Both the position numbers and the translations under genes were made by a program. Shown in pieces: positions 30,257-39,356 of a stretch of 64,000 nucleotides of DNA (positions are counted from its first letter, which is position 1; every line of letters begins with the position of its first letter). The DNA lies in NCBI GenBank assembly GCA_035250905.1, contig DATFEQ010000043.1, forward strand, positions 9,598 through 73,597, read 5' to 3'. The notes below the pieces were generated by a model that was not told the origin of the DNA, searched no databases, and was given only the letters and a program-made list of their open reading frames with translations. The stretch comes from Steroidobacteraceae bacterium. Lineage in GTDB: Bacteria > Pseudomonadota > Gammaproteobacteria > Steroidobacterales > Steroidobacteraceae.

Positions 30257-31696
30257 ATGCAACGTCGCACCAAGATCGTAACCACGCTGGGGCCTGCTAC
30301 CGACGACACGAACGTACTTGCCGCCATGATCCGGGCAGGTGCGGACGTGGTGCGGCTCAATTTCTCCCACGGCCGTCCCGAGGAGCACGCGCGCCGCATG
30401 GAACTGGCGCGCCAGGCGGCTGCCAGCGTCGACAAGTACGTCGGCGTGCTCGGCGATCTGCGCGGGCCGAAGATCCGGATCGAGCGCTTCGCCGCGGGCC
30501 CGGTGATGCTGAACGAAGGCCAGGCCTTCACGCTCGATGTCTCCCTCGACGCGGACGCCGGCACGGCCCAGTCCGTCGGCGTGGCCTACAAGGAATTGCC
30601 GCGCGACGTCCGGGCGAACGACGTGCTGCTGCTCGACGACGGCCAACTGGTCCTCGAAGTCGAAAAGGTCGACGGTCCGCGCATCCATACGCGCGTGCGC
30701 CTGGGCGGCACGCTGTCGGATCAGAAGGGCATCAATCGACAGGGCGGCGGGCTCTCGGCGGGCGCACTCACCGACAAGGACCGCGAGGACATTCGCGTGG
30801 CCGCCGCGCTCGGCATCGACTTCCTGGCGGTGTCATTCGCCCGCGACGCCTCGGACATCCACGAGGCGCGCCAGATCCTGCGCGATGCCGGCGGCCTGGG
30901 CAGCGTGGTGGCGAAGATCGAACGCAGCGAGGCGATCCAGAATCTCGCACCCATCATCGACGCGAGTGACGCCGTGATGGTGGCGCGCGGCGATCTCGGC
31001 GTGGAAATGGGTTACGCGGAACTCACCGGATTGCAGAAGACGATCATCCATCAGACCCGCAACCGGCATCGTGTCGTGATCACCGCGACGCAGATGATGG
31101 AGTCGATGATCCACAGCCCCATGCCGACGCGCGCCGAGGTTTCCGACGTGTCGAATGCGGTGATGGATGGCACCGACGCAGTGATGCTGTCGGCGGAAAC
31201 CGCTGTCGGCAAGTACCCGGTGAAAGCCGTGGAAGCCATGGCGCAGATCATCCAGGGCGCCGAGAAATACCAGCTCTCGCACAGCCGCATCCGGCACCGC
31301 GTCGAGGGCCAGTTCCGCGGCACGGATGAGGCCATTGCGATGGCGGTCATGTACACGGCGAACCATCTCAAGGTGCGCGCGATCGTTGCGCTCACCGAGT
31401 CGGGGTCGACGCCGCTGTGGATGTCGCGCATCAGGTCGGACATTCCCATTTACGCGTTCACGCGCCACGAGCACACGCGCCGCCGCGTCACGTTGTACCG
31501 TGGCGTCTACCCGGTACCTTTCGACATCACGGACACCGACACCGATCCGCAGGCTCTGTACAGCTCGATCTTCCAGCAGCTCCTGGCGCGCAAGCTGGTT
31601 GCCAGCAGCGACCTCGTGATCCTCACGAAGGGCGAGTTGTCCGGCGTCTCGGGCGGCACCAACGCCATGCTGATTCTCAAGGTGACGGCAGGCTAG
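30257..31696 (+). CDS. pyk: Pyruvate kinase
   Basis: From ATG 30257 (MQRRTKIVTTLGPATDD). The MVARGDLGVE motif is present. About 479 aa. Confidence 0.95.
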   Translation: MQRRTKIVTTLGPATDDTNVLAAMIRAGADVVRLNFSHGRPEEHARRMELARQAAASVDKYVGVLGDLRGPKIRIERFAAGPVMLNEGQAFTLDVSLDADAGTAQSVGVAYKELPRDVRANDVLLLDDGQLVLEVEKVDGPRIHTRVRLGGTLSDQKGINRQGGGLSAGALTDKDREDIRVAAALGIDFLAVSFARDASDIHEARQILRDAGGLGSVVAKIERSEAIQNLAPIIDASDAVMVARGDLGVEMGYAELTGLQKTIIHQTRNRHRVVITATQMMESMIHSPMPTRAEVSDVSNAVMDGTDAVMLSAETAVGKYPVKAVEAMAQIIQGAEKYQLSHSRIRHRVEGQFRGTDEAIAMAVMYTANHLKVRAIVALTESGSTPLWMSRIRSDIPIYAFTRHEHTRRRVTLYRGVYPVPFDITDTDTDPQALYSSIFQQLLARKLVASSDLVILTKGELSGVSGGTNAMLILKVTAG

Positions 31697-31716
31697 GGCA
31701 GTTCTGCACCGCCCAC

Positions 31717-34098
31717 ATGCGCGCGCTGCGCCGCACGCTCCTGATAGTCCTGGTCCTGCTGCTCGTCCTGGCTGGCGTGGTGTATTTCGCGCTGCGCGCG
31801 AGTCTGCCGCCGCTGGAAGGCGCGCTGAGCAGCTCCGACCTGCACGCGGTGACCACGATCGAGCGCGATGCGTTTGGCGTGCCCACGATTCGCGGCGCCC
31901 ATCGTGCCGACGTCGCGTGGGCGACTGGATTCGTCCACGGACAGGAGCGCTTCTTCCAGATGGACCTGTCGCGGCGGCTGGCCGCGGGCGAGCTCTCAGA
32001 GATCATCGGCCCGCTCGCGCTCGACACCGACCGGCGCATGCGCATCCATCGCTTCCGCGCCGTGGCGCGGCGCGTGCTCGCGAGCGCGAGCGCCGCAGAT
32101 CGCGCCATCGCCGAGAGCTACGCGCGCGGCGTCAACGCGGGGCGCGACTCGCTCGCCGGCCGGCCCTTCGAGTACTGGCTGCTGCGCTCCGCGCCCACCG
32201 CTTGGCGCGCCGAGGACTCCATCCTGGTCGTGTTCGCGATGTACGAGCAACTCAACTACGACGCCTTCGAGACCGAGTCGGCGCGCGGCCGCGTGCGTGA
32301 CGCCGTGCCGGACAGTCTCTATCGGTTCATCTATGCGCGTGGCGGCGAGTGGGATGCGCCACTCGTGGGCGCGGCTTTCACCATCGAGCCGCCACCGCCT
32401 GCCACCGAGTTCAGCCTGCGCACTGAGACACTGCCGCTCGAGCGCCTGACCACGGCACTGCGTCATCGCGAGGACCGCATATTCGGCAGCAACAATTGGG
32501 CGGTCGCGGGCACACATACGGCAACCGGCGCGGCGTTGCTCGCGGACGACATGCACCTGGGCCTCGCGATTCCCAACACGTGGTATCGCGCACGACTCCA
32601 GGTTGCCGCCGACCCGGGCGGGACAGCCATCGATGTCACGGGCGTGACGCTCCCGGGCGTGCCGTTGATCGTCGTCGGCAGCAATGGACACGTCGCCTGG
32701 GGCTTCACCAACAGCCAGGGCGACTGGGTCGACCTCATCGAGTTGCAGGAGGACCCTTCACGGCCCGACACCTACGCGACACCTGCAGGCCCCAAGCCCT
32801 TCGCGACGATGCGAGAGATCATCCACGTGCGCGGCGCGGGCGATGAATCTCTCGAGGTGCTCGAGACCATCTGGGGACCGGTATTCGATCGCGATCACGC
32901 GGGACGCAGACGTGCCGCTGCCTGGATCGCACACGAGCCGCGCGCCACGAACTTTGCGCTGCGCGAGCTGGAGAGCGCGCGCGATGTCGAGCAGGCGCTC
33001 GCCATCGCCGCGCGCTGTGGCGCGCCACCGCAGAATTTCGTGGCCGCCGACGCGCAAGGGAACATCGGCTGGACCCTCATGGGCAGCATTCCCGTGCGTA
33101 CCGGGTACGACAGCCGCGTGCCTTCCGATTGGTCACAGCCCGGCACGGGCTGGCAGGGATGGCTCGCGCCGCAACGCTATCCACGCATCGTCAACCCGCC
33201 GCAGGGGAAGATCTGGACCGCGAATGCCCGCGTAGTCGATGGCGAGTCACTTGAATTCCTCGGGGAGAGCGATCTCTATCTCGGCGCGCGCGCGCAACAG
33301 ATCCGGGACGATCTGCTGCCACTCGAGTCCGCGACCGAAGCCGACATGCTCGCGATTCAGCTCGATGACCGCGCGCGGTTTCTCGAGCGCTGGCATTCGA
33401 AACTGCAGGCGCTCCTCGATGACGCCGCGGTCAGGGACGCGCCCCAGCGCGCCGAGTTCCGCCGGCTCCTCGAAACCTGGAGCGGGCGCGCAAGTGTCGA
33501 GTCAGTCGCCTATCGGCTGGTGCGTGCCTGGCGGCGCACGATGCACGAGTTGGTCTTCGGCACGCTGACCTACGCGGCGCGCTCACCCAATGAGCCGCCG
33601 GACGCCATCGAGGTGCCGTCGCAGTTCGAAGGACCTCTGTGGCAGTTGCTGAGCACGGAGCCCGAGCACCTGTTGCCGGCCAACTTCAAGACCTGGCGCG
33701 AGTTCGAGTTGCACGCGCTCGATGCGACGATCGCGAGTCTGGGGAAGGAGTGTGCGACGCTCGCCACGTGCACCTGGGGCGCCCGCAATCGCGTGCGCAT
33801 CCGCCATCCTCTCGGTGCTCTTCCCATGATCGGCGCGCTCCTCAACATGCCGCAGACCGAGTTGCCGGGCGACTCGCACATGCCGCGGGTGCAGGGGGCC
33901 AGTTTCGGCGCATCCGAGCGCCTGGCCGTATCACCGGGGCGCGAGGCGCAGGGTTATTTCCACATGCCGGGCGGCCAGAGCGGGCACCCGCTGTCGCCGT
34001 TCTACCGCGCGGGTCACGACGCGTGGGTCAACGGCAAGCCGCTCCCGTTCCTTCCCGGCAACAACGAGTATCGCTGGACGTTTACGCCGGTGAAGTGA
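31717..34098 (+). CDS. Penicillin/AHL acylase family protein (Ntn hydrolase), membrane-anchored
   Basis: From ATG 31717 with the N-terminal TM helix LLIVLVLLLVLAGVVYFAL. GSNNWAVAG contains the Ntn nucleophile Ser. Size is about 793 aa. Confidence 0.85.
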   Translation: MRALRRTLLIVLVLLLVLAGVVYFALRASLPPLEGALSSSDLHAVTTIERDAFGVPTIRGAHRADVAWATGFVHGQERFFQMDLSRRLAAGELSEIIGPLALDTDRRMRIHRFRAVARRVLASASAADRAIAESYARGVNAGRDSLAGRPFEYWLLRSAPTAWRAEDSILVVFAMYEQLNYDAFETESARGRVRDAVPDSLYRFIYARGGEWDAPLVGAAFTIEPPPPATEFSLRTETLPLERLTTALRHREDRIFGSNNWAVAGTHTATGAALLADDMHLGLAIPNTWYRARLQVAADPGGTAIDVTGVTLPGVPLIVVGSNGHVAWGFTNSQGDWVDLIELQEDPSRPDTYATPAGPKPFATMREIIHVRGAGDESLEVLETIWGPVFDRDHAGRRRAAAWIAHEPRATNFALRELESARDVEQALAIAARCGAPPQNFVAADAQGNIGWTLMGSIPVRTGYDSRVPSDWSQPGTGWQGWLAPQRYPRIVNPPQGKIWTANARVVDGESLEFLGESDLYLGARAQQIRDDLLPLESATEADMLAIQLDDRARFLERWHSKLQALLDDAAVRDAPQRAEFRRLLETWSGRASVESVAYRLVRAWRRTMHELVFGTLTYAARSPNEPPDAIEVPSQFEGPLWQLLSTEPEHLLPANFKTWREFELHALDATIASLGKECATLATCTWGARNRVRIRHPLGALPMIGALLNMPQTELPGDSHMPRVQGASFGASERLAVSPGREAQGYFHMPGGQSGHPLSPFYRAGHDAWVNGKPLPFLPGNNEYRWTFTPVK

Positions 34099-34166
34099 AC
34101 CAAGGAATCGGCGCGAACGTTTCGTGTAATCTGGAGTCTGCAAGAAGAGAGCGGGAAGTTCGCGAC

Positions 34167-35021
34167 ATGAAGTCGAAGCGTTTTGCGGGCACCGAGCGTT
34201 ATGTCGTCACCGAGGATCTGATGGTGGCGGTGAATGCGGCCGTGACGCTGGCGCGACCGCTGCTGATCAAGGGCGAGCCGGGCACCGGCAAGACGCAACT
34301 TGCGCAGGAAATCGCCGCGGCCCTCGCCCGGCCGCTGCACGAATGGCACATCAAGTCGACGACCCGCGCACAGCAGGGACTCTACGAGTACGACGCCGTC
34401 TCGCGGCTGCGCGACTCGCAGCTCGGCCTCGCCGCCGTGCACGACATCGGCAACTACATCGTCAAGGGAAAGCTGTGGGAGGCATTCGAATCCGAGGTCC
34501 AGCCGGTGCTCCTGATCGATGAGATCGACAAGGCGGACATCGAGTTTCCCAACGACCTGTTGCGCGAGCTCGACCGGATGGAGTTCTTCGTCTACGAGAC
34601 CCGGCAGACGATCAGCGCGCGCCATCGGCCGATCATCGTCATCACCAGCAACAACGAGAAGGAGCTGCCGGATGCGTTTCTGCGCCGCTGCTTCTTCCAC
34701 TACATCCGCTTCCCCGACGCCGAGACGATGACGCGCATCGTCGATGTGCACTTTCCCAAGCTCAAGCAGGACTTGCTGCGCGAGGCGCTCGACACCTTCT
34801 TTCACCTGCGCGAAGTGCCCGGACTGAAGAAGAGACCGTCCACCTCGGAGCTTCTCGACTGGATCAAGCTGCTCATCGCCGAGGACATTCCGGCGGAGGT
34901 GCTGCGCGAGCGCGATCATCGCAAGGCGCTGCCGCCGCTCTACGGCGCCCTGCTCAAGAACGAGCAGGACGTGCACCTGGTCGAGCAACTCATCTTCCTC
35001 AACCGCCGCGATGCTCGTTAA
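34167..35021 (+). CDS. MoxR-type AAA+ ATPase
   Basis: From ATG 34167. Walker A GEPGTGKTQ, Walker B VLLIDEIDKA, and a short (284 aa) single-AAA architecture typical of MoxR/CbbQ-like chaperones. Confidence 0.85.
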   Translation: MKSKRFAGTERYVVTEDLMVAVNAAVTLARPLLIKGEPGTGKTQLAQEIAAALARPLHEWHIKSTTRAQQGLYEYDAVSRLRDSQLGLAAVHDIGNYIVKGKLWEAFESEVQPVLLIDEIDKADIEFPNDLLRELDRMEFFVYETRQTISARHRPIIVITSNNEKELPDAFLRRCFFHYIRFPDAETMTRIVDVHFPKLKQDLLREALDTFFHLREVPGLKKRPSTSELLDWIKLLIAEDIPAEVLRERDHRKALPPLYGALLKNEQDVHLVEQLIFLNRRDAR

Positions 35022-36240
35022 GTTCTTCCTGATGCTGAAGTCGGCCGGCGTGCCGGTGTCGCTGACGGAATTCCTGGCGTTGCTCGCGGCGCTCGCAGCG
35101 CGCGTCGTCGGGCTCGAAGTGCAGGACTTCTACTTCCTCGCCCGCACCTGTCTCGTCAAGGACGAGCGTCATTACGATCGCTTCGACCGGGTATTCGCGG
35201 CGCACTTCCGCGGCGTGGAGGAGCTGTTCGCCGCGCTCGTCAGGGACCTGCCCGAGGACTGGTTGCGCGCCTACGCCGAGCGGCTGTTGAGCGCCGAGGA
35301 AATGGCGAAGGTCACCTCGCTCGGCGGCTGGGACCAGCTCATGGAGACGCTGCGCCAGCGCCTCGCTGAACAGCAGGGGCGCCACGCGGGCGGCAGCAAG
35401 TGGATCGGCACGGCGGGCACCTCACCGTTCGGCGCCTTCGGATACAACCCCGAGGGCGTGCGCATCGGGCAGCCGCACTCGCGTCACCGGCGCGCGATCA
35501 AGGTGTGGGATCGGCGCGAGTTCCGCAATTTCGATGACACCCAGGAGCTCGGCACGCGCAACATCAAGGTGGCGCTGCGTCGCCTGCGGCGCTTCGCGCG
35601 CGAGGGCGCACCGGTGCATCTCGATCTCGACGGCACGATCGACGCGACGGCGCGCAATGCTGGCCTGCTCGACCTCAAGATGGTTCCCGAACGCCACAAC
35701 GCGGTGAAGGTCCTGCTGTTCCTCGATGTCGGCGGCTCGATGGAGGACCACGTGCGCCTGTGCGAGGAAGTGTTCTCCGCCGCACGCAGCGAGTTCAAGC
35801 ATCTCGAGCACTTCTACTTTCACAATTTCGTCTACGAGTACGTGTGGCGCGACAACCGGCGGCGTTTTTCCCAGCACACGCCGACCCTCGAAGTGATGCG
35901 CACATACGGTCCCGACTACCGCCTGATCCTGGTAGGAGATGCGACCATGAGTCCGTACGAGATCACGCAGCCGGGCGGCAGCGTCGAGCACTGGAACGAC
36001 GAACCGGGCGCCGTGTGGCTGGCGCGGCTGCTGGCCGCCTACCCCCACCACGTATGGCTCAACCCCGAACCGGTCGAGCGCTGGAGTTACACGCCCTCCG
36101 TCCGGCTGACGCGCGAGCTCACCGGTGAACGGATGTATCCGCTCACGCTCGAAGGATTGGATGCAGCGATTCGCGAGTTGCGGCGAGCCGGCCTGCGGCT
36201 GCCTAGCCCGCAGGCTTCGACAGTTCCTTCAGGTCATTGA
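35011..36240 (+). CDS. VWA domain protein, CoxE-like partner of the MoxR ATPase
   Basis: It overlaps the MoxR stop by 11 nt. The N-terminus FFLMLKSAGVPVSLTEFLALL and the MIDAS-like VLLFLDVGGSM match the CoxE/VWA family. Confidence 0.8.
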   Translation: MLVKFFLMLKSAGVPVSLTEFLALLAALAARVVGLEVQDFYFLARTCLVKDERHYDRFDRVFAAHFRGVEELFAALVRDLPEDWLRAYAERLLSAEEMAKVTSLGGWDQLMETLRQRLAEQQGRHAGGSKWIGTAGTSPFGAFGYNPEGVRIGQPHSRHRRAIKVWDRREFRNFDDTQELGTRNIKVALRRLRRFAREGAPVHLDLDGTIDATARNAGLLDLKMVPERHNAVKVLLFLDVGGSMEDHVRLCEEVFSAARSEFKHLEHFYFHNFVYEYVWRDNRRRFSQHTPTLEVMRTYGPDYRLILVGDATMSPYEITQPGGSVEHWNDEPGAVWLARLLAAYPHHVWLNPEPVERWSYTPSVRLTRELTGERMYPLTLEGLDAAIRELRRAGLRLPSPQASTVPSGH

Positions 36241-36748
36241 GCACGAGCTGCGAATGCCCTTTCGGATCGACGGCGGGGTAGTACTTGGCGACATTGCCCT
36301 TCGGGTCGATCAGAAACGTTTCACGGCTCGCGAGCTCCATCGTGCCCATGTATTTCTTGAGCACGCCGTAGTCCTTGGCGGTCTGCTTGGTCGGGTCGGC
36401 GAGGATCGTGAACGGCAGGCCGTGCTCGTCCGAGAACTTCTTGTGCGATTCGACGTCGTCGACGCTCACGCCGAGGATCACTGCGCCGGCGTCGCGGAAG
36501 GCGAAAATGTTGTCACGGAACTCGCAGGCCTGCGTGGTGCAGCCGGGCGTCATGTCCTTCGGGTAGAAATAAAGGACGACCCACTTGCCGCGATAGTCCC
36601 CGAGACTGTGCCACGCGCCTTTCTGGTCCTGCAGCTTGAACGCGGGCGCCGCGGAACCCACATCGGGCACCGCGAACGCGGTCGTGGCCAGCGTGACGAG
36701 TGCGGCAGCCGAAAGGATTGCGAAGCGACTGACGGAACGAGCCCACAT
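36203..36748 (-). CDS. bcp: Peroxiredoxin (Bcp/AhpC-TSA family) with a predicted signal peptide
   Basis: VVLYFYPKDMTPGCTTQACEF contains the peroxidatic and resolving Cys pair. The N-terminus MWARSVSRFAILSAAALVTLATTAFA looks like a Sec signal. An alternative ATG is at 36772. Confidence 0.85.
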   Translation of the reverse strand: MWARSVSRFAILSAAALVTLATTAFAVPDVGSAAPAFKLQDQKGAWHSLGDYRGKWVVLYFYPKDMTPGCTTQACEFRDNIFAFRDAGAVILGVSVDDVESHKKFSDEHGLPFTILADPTKQTAKDYGVLKKYMGTMELASRETFLIDPKGNVAKYYPAVDPKGHSQLVLNDLKELSKPAG

Positions 36749-36857
36749 CTTCGTCTCCCGGGAAAGCGTCACGGCGCGAGGCCGCTGGGGGGCGCTATCT
36801 TATGCCCGAACCGCCTGATCGGCCAATGAACCGCCGCTGGAGCGAGCCCGACACTGC

Positions 36858-38063
36858 ATGAGCGCAACGCATGAACGCCTGGGCCTGCTGCTGACGGGTG
36901 GCGGCGCGCGCGCCGCCTACCAGATCGGTGTGCTGAAGGCCGTCGCCGGGATGGTTTCCCCGAACAGCCCGTGCCCGTTTCGGGTGATCTCCGGAACCTC
37001 CGCCGGCGGCGTCGCCGCCGTGGCACTCGCCAGCCGCATGGGTGATTTCCGCATGGCGGTGGCGGGCCTCGAGCACGTCTGGGCGAACTTCCGCGTCGAG
37101 CAGGTATTCCGCGCCGACACAGTGAGCATGTTGCGGGCGGGTCTGCATTGGTTGCTGTCGTTCGTGTCGAGCGGGCTGCTGCTGCCACCGCCCAAGTCGT
37201 TGCTCGATAACGCGCCGCTGCGGAGGCTCCTGGCGCGGAGCCTGTCCTTTCGCGGCATCCGCCGCTCGATCGACCAGGGGCGACTGCAGACGATCGGCAT
37301 CTGCGCGACCGGCTTCAGCAGCGGTCGTTCGATCGCCTTTTTCGACGGCACGCCCGACTGCGCAGAGTGGGAACGCGTCGCGAGTTGCGGGCAGCGCACG
37401 CAGCTCACGCTCGACCACCTGATGGCGAGCCTCTCCATCCCGTTTCTGTTTCCGGCCGTGCATCTGCAGGGCGAGTACTTCGGCGACGGAGCCATGCGCC
37501 AGGCCAATCCTCTGAGCCCGGCCATTCACCTGGGCGCGGACCGGGTGCTGGTCATCGGCGTGCGCCAGCGCGGCCTGCAAGGCGCCTTCGGACACCTGCC
37601 CGGGGGAATTGCGCCCACGGCGGGACAGATTTTCGGCTACATGCTCGACACGCTGTTCATGGACCAGATCTACGCCGATCTCGAGCAGCTCGAACGCCTC
37701 AATCACCTGCTGCAGTTCGCGCCGGCCTCGTTCGCGGGTCTGCGCGCCATTCGCGCGCTGGTGATCGCGCCGAGCCACGATCCGCTCGAGATCGCCAACC
37801 GGCACAGCGCCGAGCTGCCGCGCCCGCTGCGCGCGCTGCTCCGAACGATGGGCGCCTCGGCCTCGGCCACCAGCTCGCTGGCGAGCTACCTCATGTTCGA
37901 GTCGGGCTACACACGCGAGCTCATCGCGCTCGGGTTGGCCGATGCGATGGCGCGTCGCGACGAGCTTTGCGACCTGCTCTTCGGCGGCCCCTCCGCCAGC
38001 AAGCCGGCTCCGCAACCGGTGCGCGAACTGCTCGCCGACGAGCCGGCGCGGATCAAGGCTTGA
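36858..38063 (+). CDS. Patatin-like phospholipase
   Basis: Oxyanion motif GGGARAAYQIG, nucleophile elbow GTSAG, and catalytic Asp in FGDGAM. Confidence 0.85.
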   Translation: MSATHERLGLLLTGGGARAAYQIGVLKAVAGMVSPNSPCPFRVISGTSAGGVAAVALASRMGDFRMAVAGLEHVWANFRVEQVFRADTVSMLRAGLHWLLSFVSSGLLLPPPKSLLDNAPLRRLLARSLSFRGIRRSIDQGRLQTIGICATGFSSGRSIAFFDGTPDCAEWERVASCGQRTQLTLDHLMASLSIPFLFPAVHLQGEYFGDGAMRQANPLSPAIHLGADRVLVIGVRQRGLQGAFGHLPGGIAPTAGQIFGYMLDTLFMDQIYADLEQLERLNHLLQFAPASFAGLRAIRALVIAPSHDPLEIANRHSAELPRPLRALLRTMGASASATSSLASYLMFESGYTRELIALGLADAMARRDELCDLLFGGPSASKPAPQPVRELLADEPARIKA

Positions 38064-38100
38064 TACGAGACGGAAGCCCGGCACGCCCGACGACCATGAA

Positions 38101-39003
38101 CTACCCAGTTGACTGCAAGGGCGGGGCAGGGGGCTCGCTCAGGCTCTCGGGAAGCGCGTTGTGGCGCGCCATCACGTGCGGATAGTTGCTGCGGAATCGC
38201 TCGGCCAGCCGCTCGGCGATGTACACGGAGCGATGCTGGCCGCCGGTGCAGCCGATCGCGACCGTGAGGTAGCTGCGATTGTTGCGCTGGAACTCCGGAA
38301 TGCGTCCCTCGATGAAGCGCGCAATCTCGTCGATCAGCTTGCCCACTTCGGGATGTGACTCGAGATAGCGGATGACTTCCGGGGCCCGCCCGTCGAGGCG
38401 GCGCAGGGTCGGCTCCCAGTACGGATTGGGGAGCGTGCGCGAATCGAACACGAAATCGGCGTCGCCCGGCAGCCCGTGCTTGAACCCGAACGATTCGAAC
38501 ATGATCGACAGCCGCCCTTCGTGGCGCTGCTCGACACGCTTGCGGATCAGCTCGCGCAACTCGTGCATGCTCATGCGCGTCGTGTCGATCACCAGGTCGG
38601 CGTAGTCGGTGACAGGCTCCAGCAGCCGGCGCTCCGCGGCGATCGCCTCGCGCAGGCTCACGCCGTCGCGGCTCAGCGGATGCTTGCGTCGCGTCTCGCC
38701 GTAGCGATTGAGGAGCGCATCATCATCGGCATGCAGGAACAGCACCTCGCAGGCGATGCCGCTGCGCCGCAGCTCCTGTACCAGGGTGGGGACAGTGGCG
38801 ATCTCGGAGGGTCGATTGCGCGCATCGAGTCCCACCGCAGTGCGCGCGTAGGCGGGCTCGGGGCTGTGCACCGTGTGGGAGATGAAAGGCTTGAGGAGCG
38901 CGGCGGGGATGTTGTCGATGCAATAGAAGTCGAGGTCCTCCAGCATGTGCAGGGCCACGCTCTTGCCCGATCCCGAAAGCCCGCTGACGATGATCAGGCG
39001 CAT
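38101..39003 (-). CDS. rapZ: RNase adapter protein RapZ
   Basis: MRLIIVSGLSGSGKSVALHMLEDLDFYCIDNIP and the C-terminal IGCTGGQHRSV motif. It starts 7 nt after the hpf stop. Confidence 0.9.
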   Translation of the reverse strand: MRLIIVSGLSGSGKSVALHMLEDLDFYCIDNIPAALLKPFISHTVHSPEPAYARTAVGLDARNRPSEIATVPTLVQELRRSGIACEVLFLHADDDALLNRYGETRRKHPLSRDGVSLREAIAAERRLLEPVTDYADLVIDTTRMSMHELRELIRKRVEQRHEGRLSIMFESFGFKHGLPGDADFVFDSRTLPNPYWEPTLRRLDGRAPEVIRYLESHPEVGKLIDEIARFIEGRIPEFQRNNRSYLTVAIGCTGGQHRSVYIAERLAERFRSNYPHVMARHNALPESLSEPPAPPLQSTG

Positions 39004-39010
39004 GCGCTCC

Positions 39011-39331
39011 TCAGGACGGTCGACTCTTCTGCGCCTCGTCCGCGTGGTGATCCGTGAGCTTCTCCTTGTGCTTCTTCACGCGCCGGTCGAGCTTGTCGGC
39101 CAGCGCGTCGATCGCCGCATACATGTCCTGGTCCACGGCGTCGGCGTAGATCTTGCCGCCGCTCACTGATACGGTCGCTTCAGCCTTTTGACGCAGCTTC
39201 TCCACGGTCAGGATGCAATGTACGTCGATGAGGGAATCGAAGTGACGCACGATGCGCTCGAGTTTCTTGCTCACGTAGCCACGCAGGGAGGGCGTGATCT
39301 CGACGTGATGACCGGTGAGATTGAGCTGCAT
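39011..39331 (-). CDS. hpf: Ribosome hibernation promoting factor (short HPF)
   Basis: From ATG 39331 (MQLNLTGHHVEITPSLRGYV...). The sigma-54 modulation protein family signature is present. It lies directly downstream of rpoN. Confidence 0.9.
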   Translation of the reverse strand: MQLNLTGHHVEITPSLRGYVSKKLERIVRHFDSLIDVHCILTVEKLRQKAEATVSVSGGKIYADAVDQDMYAAIDALADKLDRRVKKHKEKLTDHHADEAQKSRPS

Positions 39332-39356
39332 TGATCTCTCCAAAGTTTGCGAAAGG

